A stretch of DNA of 32,000 bases from Halobacteriovoraceae bacterium (lineage in GTDB: Bacteria > Bdellovibrionota > Bacteriovoracia > Bacteriovoracales > Bacteriovoracaceae): assembly GCA_002707495.1 (NCBI GenBank), contig PAMZ01000005.1:246971-278970 (forward strand), given 5' to 3'. A program made the position numbers and the translations under genes. Numbering within the stretch: position 1 is the first letter of the stretch; every line of letters begins with the position of its first letter. This document shows, in pieces, positions 26,339 to 32,000 of the stretch. Below the pieces are notes generated by a model, which was given only the letters and a program-made list of their open reading frames with translations, searched no databases and was not told the DNA's origin.

Positions 26339-27200
26339 CCGTATCCAGATTAATCGTAATGGTGTTTTTATTAACGGTGACTCCTTCAAGGTTAAGCCTT
26401 CGAACTCTTTTAAGAAGTGTACCTCTAATAGAAAAAATTCCAAGTTTAGCTCTATCAAGTCTTATCGTAATTTCAGTATTATTTTTATTGGTGGCCATCT
26501 CTCCGTTAACTCGAAGCCATAAATTGATCCAGGAGTCCATCAAAGCTTTTCCGTTGAATACACCCTCTTGAACAACATAACTGATATTTCTAACAACAAG
26601 TGGAATCATCTTTGAGCTGTCTTTTTGTTTTTCGAGCTGGTTGATTTCAGCAATATGCTCTGGATTTTCAAATCGAAGATCATCGAAAAATTCACTTTTT
26701 GAAGCATCTGTGAATCTTAATGACTTCATTCTAAGAATAGCATTCAGAATCAAGCCGTCTATAACCGTAATATCCTCATCATCTTGAGTAGGAATATTTC
26801 TCACATCTGTTTCAACATAAACATCTTCTAGATCATAACTCGTCTGATTGATAAAGAGGTTAAGCATACTACTCTGTATGGTAAAAATCTTATCAGTAGA
26901 TTTAATTTCAACTCCAGAAAAATCAAACGATTTAAAGATATTCAAGAAGCTAAAATCAAAATCTAAAACTACTGAGGTTGAAGGATCGCTAATTCTTAAT
27001 TTTTTTTCAACCTTATCGAATATAACATCAATATCTTGGTGCTTGATTTCCACCTTTGGAAGTACATAGCGAGCCTGCATAGCATGAGCACTGCCCTTTT
27101 CATCCAGATAGGTACCATTTAGATCTTGGACATCTATCTCTGGAAACTTTGCCATACATAGTGTTGGAATTAAAAACGTAAATAAAATAAAATTTTTCAT
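26310..27200 (-). CDS. Secreted/periplasmic protein of unknown function
   Basis: A signal peptide MKNFILFTFLIPTLCMA is present. I recognise no motif. The start overlaps the stop of the upstream DCC gene (ATGA). Confidence 0.6.
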   Translation of the reverse strand: MKNFILFTFLIPTLCMAKFPEIDVQDLNGTYLDEKGSAHAMQARYVLPKVEIKHQDIDVIFDKVEKKLRISDPSTSVVLDFDFSFLNIFKSFDFSGVEIKSTDKIFTIQSSMLNLFINQTSYDLEDVYVETDVRNIPTQDDEDITVIDGLILNAILRMKSLRFTDASKSEFFDDLRFENPEHIAEINQLEKQKDSSKMIPLVVRNISYVVQEGVFNGKALMDSWINLWLRVNGEMATNKNNTEITIRLDRAKLGIFSIRGTLLKRVRRLNLEGVTVNKNTITINLDTVILNQRESI

Positions 27201-27586
27201 AGTTCACCCTCATGGTAATGTCTTTTTCTTTTTGATCCGCATCGAAAACATTTTTTCTTTTGCATCCCGCGCATATCATTGATCTGACCATAAAAAGCAT
27301 CTAAAGCACTTTTGCTCGAGTCTTTTTCAATCAGCCAGGCAAATTTCTTTACACCTGGAATTACCTTTAATAGCTCTTGAATGACTTCTCCACCTTTAAA
27401 AACCTTTCCCTCTGAAAGCATATGAATTTCTTGTTCACATTGCTCAAAGGTTAGCTGCGGGTACTCTAAATATACATTTTCATCATATATTGAGCGAAAA
27501 TTAATCTGTTTTTTCGAGTCAATCAATTGCAGAGCCTGTTTAAATCTCTTACATAGTATACAGTCCTCGTCATAAAATATAACCAT
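27197..27586 (-). CDS. DCC-family thiol-disulfide oxidoreductase-like protein (DUF393)
   Basis: The N-terminal VIFYDEDCILCKRF matches the YDGxCxxC signature. The ORF is 129 aa with a basic C-terminal tail containing a CxxC-like CFRC. Confidence 0.65.
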   Translation of the reverse strand: MVIFYDEDCILCKRFKQALQLIDSKKQINFRSIYDENVYLEYPQLTFEQCEQEIHMLSEGKVFKGGEVIQELLKVIPGVKKFAWLIEKDSSKSALDAFYGQINDMRGMQKKKCFRCGSKRKRHYHEGEL

Positions 27587-28924
27587 CTAAACTCCTTGAA
27601 ATAACTCTGCTTTCTCGAATGCTTTAAAAATCCTAGGAAATTTTCCTTGTGAATATTCAAACTTACTTATGATTTTTTTAACAGATTCCAAACTTATAAC
27701 TTCATCCATTTTTATCAGCTCATACATTGCATCGACAATATCGTGACTAAAGATGAAAATTGAGGCTAAAGGTGAAATTTGGTCTCCTGATATGGCCCGA
27801 GGGAATCCAGAGCCATCAGGCCTTTCATGATGATCCGAGATAATTTTAAAAACATCCTCGGGAATCTCTTTCATAGATTTCAACACGTCGATAGCTATTT
27901 TTGGATGATCTTTTATTTCTTCTAAATCGTTTTTTTCAGAAAATTTTGACTCTGTAAATTTACGTTTTTTCACTGAAATATCATGCATAAACGCTGACAT
28001 CACTAACTTATTTCTATTCTCTGGCGAATCCCAAGAGGTTTGCTTTAAAATTCCTACTGAAATATAAGAGATACCAACACTATGTCTGGTCAAGTAGCTT
28101 CTTTCGGGATCACCAAATATCATATGTCTTAAGTTTTTTGTTTCATCATTTTGATCGAAGTATTTCAAGGTAAAGTCTACGCTAGATTTTGCTGCGCGGG
28201 CCACGGACTCACTCATACCGAGTTCTCTGATCGTATCCATTATGACATCATGAACTGAAAGGACCTTCTCCCCTACTTTTAAACTGGTATCTTCTAAGAT
28301 TGAAATAACTTTTTCTACTACATATTGGACAAATTTCTTACTATCCTCACGTTTCACTAAAAAGTTTTCGACATTCTTTGATTCAAATTTTTCCTTGTCC
28401 TCACTCGAGAATTCATCTCCGGCCTTAAATGTTTTTAGGTATTTCCCACTCACTAAAAGATAAATATCGCAAGGAAGTTGTTTACAATGAGCCACCAGAT
28501 CCAAGCTCGCCGTACAATAATCTTCCTCATTTACAGGTGTCGATTCTTGATTATTTCTAAGGTTGTAAACCTTAAGCGCTTCAACCATCGTTTCAATCCC
28601 CTCAAATATTCGAGGCTTCGTTATCTCGCAAAGCATTCTAGATTTATCATTAAATTCTGGGTGATCCTGAGAGAAATCTGAAGAACAAAAAACATAAGGT
28701 ATATCTATATTATTATCTATCAGATAGTTATAAACCTCTCCCCCATTTCCATCTGGCATATTGTAATCACAGACAATCAAATCATAGTTCGGATTCAATT
28801 TTATCTCTTCAATCGCCGCATTTCCGCAGTCAATTTCATTGATCTCACAACTAAGTTGACTCTCAATGGTAAAAGCAATTATTTCTCTGACATCGGCGTC
28901 ATCATCAACTAAAAGTACTTTCAT
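27587..28924 (-). CDS. Response regulator with C-terminal HD-GYP-type phosphohydrolase domain (putative c-di-GMP phosphodiesterase)
   Basis: The REC domain has LLVDDD, the phospho-acceptor in LIVCDYNMPDGNG, and ITKP. The HD region is FMHDIS, and DHHERPDGSGFP is a Y-to-F variant of HHExxDGxGYP. Confidence 0.8.
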   Translation of the reverse strand: MKVLLVDDDADVREIIAFTIESQLSCEINEIDCGNAAIEEIKLNPNYDLIVCDYNMPDGNGGEVYNYLIDNNIDIPYVFCSSDFSQDHPEFNDKSRMLCEITKPRIFEGIETMVEALKVYNLRNNQESTPVNEEDYCTASLDLVAHCKQLPCDIYLLVSGKYLKTFKAGDEFSSEDKEKFESKNVENFLVKREDSKKFVQYVVEKVISILEDTSLKVGEKVLSVHDVIMDTIRELGMSESVARAAKSSVDFTLKYFDQNDETKNLRHMIFGDPERSYLTRHSVGISYISVGILKQTSWDSPENRNKLVMSAFMHDISVKKRKFTESKFSEKNDLEEIKDHPKIAIDVLKSMKEIPEDVFKIISDHHERPDGSGFPRAISGDQISPLASIFIFSHDIVDAMYELIKMDEVISLESVKKIISKFEYSQGKFPRIFKAFEKAELFQGV

Positions 28925-28926
28925 CT

Positions 28927-30303
28927 CTATAGCTCGATTCTCTCCAATGAGTCTGAAACTGTTATACTTTTGATTGAAGTTATAGAATTATCCAAAACGA
29001 GATTCAAGTCATAACTTCCAGGCTTTAGTACAATATGATAGGTTCCGTCCGAGTGAACTCTATAACTGTGAACTTTTCTTCCATTCGATAGTATATCAAT
29101 GCGAGCCTCTTTAAAGTTACTATTAATCTTTCCACGAACTCCACTCGCATTCAGTCGATCTAATAAAAGCATCCATCCTGGTCTATTCCTTTTAACCGTA
29201 ATATCTCTCCATTGATTATAGTCTGGTTGAAACCCTTGTTTTCGACTATTAACTTCGATCACATAGGGAATAACTTCATAGGCATCATACATCCAATCAA
29301 TATCCCCACCATCAACAGAGTAAAGAAGCTCCCAAGCGGTACCCGCTTCATAATTCAAAACAGTTCCAATATCTTTACCAATACTTTCAACAATCTCTTT
29401 TCTTGCCACTCGCTCCCCATTACATCCATAGGGGTAAATAACTATCTCTGAATAGGCATGATAAGAGATATTAAATACTGGCTTGATTTGACCTACAAAT
29501 TTCATCATGGCCTGTGTTTCAGGTTCTGATCCTGCTGACTCACCTCGATAAGTCTGTGACCATCGACTTCCACTGGATCCACCACATTTTTTCCAATTTA
29601 ATGGATAGTTTCTATTGATATCAACACCGTATCCCCCGCGAGTATTTTTTCTCCACCAGCGATCAGAAGTCCACATCTTATTATTTCCATCAACATTAAG
29701 CATAGGAATAACCCAAATTTGATTTTTATCTACCCAATCTGTCACTTGTGCATCCTGGCCGTAATGAGAGAGAAGATAGTCAATAATATCTATCGCAACT
29801 TCTGGAGTCATAACTTCACGAGCGTGATGCATGGAATTGAAAAGTATCGTTGGCTCTTGAGTTTCGTCTAAATTTGGATTGTCCGAAATTTTTAAGGCCC
29901 AAATATCGCGCCCTTCGAGTGATTTTCCAATAGAGACTCTCTCTGTGAGTTGAGGATACCTCTGATAATAATCTAAGACGATCTGCTCGATCTCCTCTGG
30001 ATTTTTATACTCCTCATCCGGAGATTTCGTTACACCCTTAACTTCTAAAATTTCAATCGAGTATCCTAGAGTTGATAATTTCTTGTAGTCATTATCAGTA
30101 AGAAGGACATCGATAATATTATCTCTTACATCTACCCCTGCCACATCAATATCTAAATCGCTTAAATTCTTCATCATGAGGGCCATATTATTTGGCCTCA
30201 ATGAACCCATTATCTTCCAAGCCTTTGGTAAAAAGTTTGGAGAGCTGTGAGCAAAGACTTGAAGTGATAAAGCGAATAGAACTAGACTTAAAATAATCCT
30301 CAT
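28927..30303 (-). CDS. Secreted M14-family zinc carboxypeptidase with C-terminal carboxypeptidase-regulatory-like domain
   Basis: A signal peptide MRIILSLVLFALSLQVFA is present. The HxxE zinc motif is in SMHHAREVMTPE, with a later zinc His in ISYHAYSE. The C-terminal beta-sandwich pattern is VRGKI...DGTYHIVLKPGSYDL. Confidence 0.85.
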   Translation of the reverse strand: MRIILSLVLFALSLQVFAHSSPNFLPKAWKIMGSLRPNNMALMMKNLSDLDIDVAGVDVRDNIIDVLLTDNDYKKLSTLGYSIEILEVKGVTKSPDEEYKNPEEIEQIVLDYYQRYPQLTERVSIGKSLEGRDIWALKISDNPNLDETQEPTILFNSMHHAREVMTPEVAIDIIDYLLSHYGQDAQVTDWVDKNQIWVIPMLNVDGNNKMWTSDRWWRKNTRGGYGVDINRNYPLNWKKCGGSSGSRWSQTYRGESAGSEPETQAMMKFVGQIKPVFNISYHAYSEIVIYPYGCNGERVARKEIVESIGKDIGTVLNYEAGTAWELLYSVDGGDIDWMYDAYEVIPYVIEVNSRKQGFQPDYNQWRDITVKRNRPGWMLLLDRLNASGVRGKINSNFKEARIDILSNGRKVHSYRVHSDGTYHIVLKPGSYDLNLVLDNSITSIKSITVSDSLERIEL

Positions 30304-30411
30304 AAATAGAACTCCCTTCCTTAGGATAAATATCTAATAGGACATCAAAAAAAGAACAAACAGTAAAAACAAAAATGATAATATTGGGTTTTTGACTGAC
30401 TAAGTCGGTTG

Positions 30412-31728
30412 TTAAGCAGCTTGCTCTTCAGTTGAACTAGTGCTTTCAGGAGCGGAAAACTCATCCGGCCAAATATGATGTGCTTCTTCCAAGTATTCTT
30501 GAGCTTTTTTATCTGAGCCATCTTCTTTCAATGCCTGTATGAGAACTTTCATTGCATAAGGATCTTTAAATCCTTTGTTCCAAATATCTAGCCCGTTCGA
30601 AATTTTTTGAGCCAGATCCATTGAATCACTATTGGCGAGAAAGCTTGAAATTTCATAAGCCTCTTCATCATCACTATTCATTCTTTTAAGAAGTGCCAGT
30701 GAGTCATCGAAAAATTGATTTTGCACGAGGCTCGTTATCATTGCTTTTAGAAATTTGCTCTTGCCAGCACATGAAATACCTACTTTCGAAAAAAGTTCCC
30801 TTGCTTTTTCTGCCTGTCCCTCTTTCATATAGTATTTGCCCGTCACATACATTCCAGAGCAGATATAATTAATAACATCTTCAGTTCTTTCTTCCAGTTG
30901 AGTGAAAAGCTCGTAGTACAATTCCATATCTTCAAAATTTTTCGTCCTAACTGCAAGGTGAACGACTTCCTTGAGCCTATCCGGATTGGCTGGAAAATAC
31001 TTAGCTATATTCCTAACGACGGAATAAGCCTCATCATACTTCTCATCTTTTTTAAATAATTCATAGAGACCCACCTGACATTTGAAGTGAATATTATTAA
31101 TTTCTAAACCTTCTTTATAGTCCGTCTCTGCCTCATTCATCGAGTCCATCATATATTCTGTCTGTCCATGATAGAAGAGTGCTAAAGAAGGCTTTTTATT
31201 CAGCTTCTTAGCTTCATCAAAAAATTGTAATGCAGCTTCGTAATTGCCTTCGAAAAGTGCTTCTTTTCCTTTCTCAATTGTTTTTACGTACTCACTTGGA
31301 TGAAGCTTACTAACCACAGTACCAATAAGAGACTTCTCTAAACTTGATACGGTATAGGGCTTAATGATGAAAGAATCCACATCTTCTTCTGCAGCTTTAG
31401 CAACGGCTGATTGAGAAATATTAGAAGTAACCAATATCAGAACAGATTTTTTTTCTTCAGGATATTTTTCTCGATAATGTTTAAACAGATCAAATCCAGA
31501 CCCACCATTAACTTCATAATCAGAGAGAATAAGCTTAGGCTTTTTAGAGTCAATTATTTCTATCGCCTCAGAGAAATGGGCCACCGAGTGTACCTGATTT
31601 CTCTTTCCGCCCATATCGACAATTGTTTTTGTCAATCGACGCCTAGACGCAGAACTTTTATCGACGATCAAAATATCGCCCGTCGCTAAAAAATCTTTGA
31701 ATAGTTGCTCTTTCTTGTCTTTACTCAA
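30412..31728 (-). CDS. Response regulator (REC) fused to TPR repeats
   Basis: The REC domain has ILIVDKS, LILSDYEVNGGSG, LVTSN and IIKPY. The C-terminal ~300 aa shows repeated A-x-x-x-Y/F...A helical-repeat periodicity typical of TPR. Confidence 0.8.
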   Translation of the reverse strand: MSKDKKEQLFKDFLATGDILIVDKSSASRRRLTKTIVDMGGKRNQVHSVAHFSEAIEIIDSKKPKLILSDYEVNGGSGFDLFKHYREKYPEEKKSVLILVTSNISQSAVAKAAEEDVDSFIIKPYTVSSLEKSLIGTVVSKLHPSEYVKTIEKGKEALFEGNYEAALQFFDEAKKLNKKPSLALFYHGQTEYMMDSMNEAETDYKEGLEINNIHFKCQVGLYELFKKDEKYDEAYSVVRNIAKYFPANPDRLKEVVHLAVRTKNFEDMELYYELFTQLEERTEDVINYICSGMYVTGKYYMKEGQAEKARELFSKVGISCAGKSKFLKAMITSLVQNQFFDDSLALLKRMNSDDEEAYEISSFLANSDSMDLAQKISNGLDIWNKGFKDPYAMKVLIQALKEDGSDKKAQEYLEEAHHIWPDEFSAPESTSSTEEQAA

Positions 31729-31731
31729 GCC

Positions 31732-32000
31732 CTAGTATCCCTTTGCCAATTTCATAAAATCTAAAATCGATTCCTGTCTTTCCTCATAAAGAGTCATAAA
31801 AGTCTCGTATTTCTCTTTTTCAATATTTTTCAAGCTAATGATTAGAGTTTCTTGTTGCTTATTTAAAGATTCAATCTCGATGACGACACCTTCTCCATTC
31901 ACATTGATCTTTTTACCATTATAATTTAAAACAACAGCTGCTTTCACTTCTGTATCAACTCCAAAAGCAAAAGATCCCTTCGGAACTTTAACCACTAACT
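31732..32000 (-). CDS. Hypothetical protein, 5' end probably beyond the window
   Basis: The reading frame stays open past the GTG at 31995 to the window edge. The stop is 3 nt upstream of the REC-TPR start. I cannot assign a family confidently; a small beta-rich domain followed by a helix, possibly PilZ-like, is only a guess. Confidence 0.5.
   Translation of the reverse strand, partial: LVVKVPKGSFAFGVDTEVKAAVVLNYNGKKINVNGEGVVIEIESLNKQQETLIISLKNIEKEKYETFMTLYEERQESILDFMKLAKGY

Noticed and set aside
30393-30407. Hairpin ACTGAC-TAA-GTCGGT just downstream of the REC-TPR gene
   Set aside because: The stem is 6 bp including a G-T wobble. On the transcribed (minus) strand it is followed by AAAAACCC rather than a U-tract, so it does not look like an intrinsic terminator.
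2125-31689. Short ORFs of 63-113 aa nested in or antisense to larger genes: 2125..2346, 3471..3713, 4359..4571, 9071..9262, 9388..9582, 10060..10257, 15096..15308, 16023..16277, 20683..20889, 21214..21456, 21551..21892, 21976..22221, 22218..22457, 22682..22888, 26071..26289, 26359..26571, 26848..27069, 27100..27300, 28478..28681, 29212..29451, 31411..31689
   Set aside because: Each is fully contained within a longer ORF that has convincing family motifs. Their translations are compositionally odd (Ser/Leu/Ile/Phe-rich antisense products), and none has a recognisable domain or SD.
1-32000. Mobile elements, CRISPR arrays, tRNA/rRNA genes, and defence or toxin-antitoxin systems
   Set aside because: The window has no transposase-, integrase-, recombinase- or nuclease-like ORF. 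It has no direct-repeat/spacer array or inverted terminal repeats. No intergenic gap exceeds ~165 nt, so none could hold a structured RNA gene.

Overview
This is a gene-dense, AT-rich bacterial chromosomal segment of about 30 genes, many with overlapping or abutting stop and start codons. It comes from a diderm bacterium. The taxon cannot be fixed from this window; the gene content loosely recalls low-GC Bdellovibrionota/Oligoflexia-like organisms (low confidence). The left ~20 kb is a cell-surface glycan (LPS/O-antigen/capsule-type) locus. It holds wbpD-wbpB-wbpA-wbpE (the UDP-2,3-diacetamido-2,3-dideoxy-glucuronate pathway), two GT4-like glycosyltransferases and a GT9 glycosyltransferase that carries a G8 homopolymer. 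It also holds a polytopic GT-C/polymerase-like membrane protein, a frameshifted Asp/Glu-racemase gene back-to-back with a TupA-like ATP-grasp ligase, and an AsnB-type amidotransferase. Further right are a UDPGP-family nucleotidyltransferase / epimerase / CysQ operon, KdsD and ManA. The most notable element is a translationally coupled pepM-ppd-iron-alcohol-dehydrogenase cassette predicted to make the C-P compound 2-hydroxyethylphosphonate. In the right part, metH-metF is unexpectedly coupled to a Dpm1-like GT2 and a PAP2 phosphatase. That is followed by a minus-strand cluster: a partial ORF, a REC-TPR regulator, a secreted M14 carboxypeptidase, a REC-HD-GYP regulator, a DCC-family protein and an orphan secreted protein. 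I found no rRNA, tRNA, CRISPR array, transposase/integrase or recognisable defence or toxin system. All family calls rest on motif recognition by eye, not on searches.
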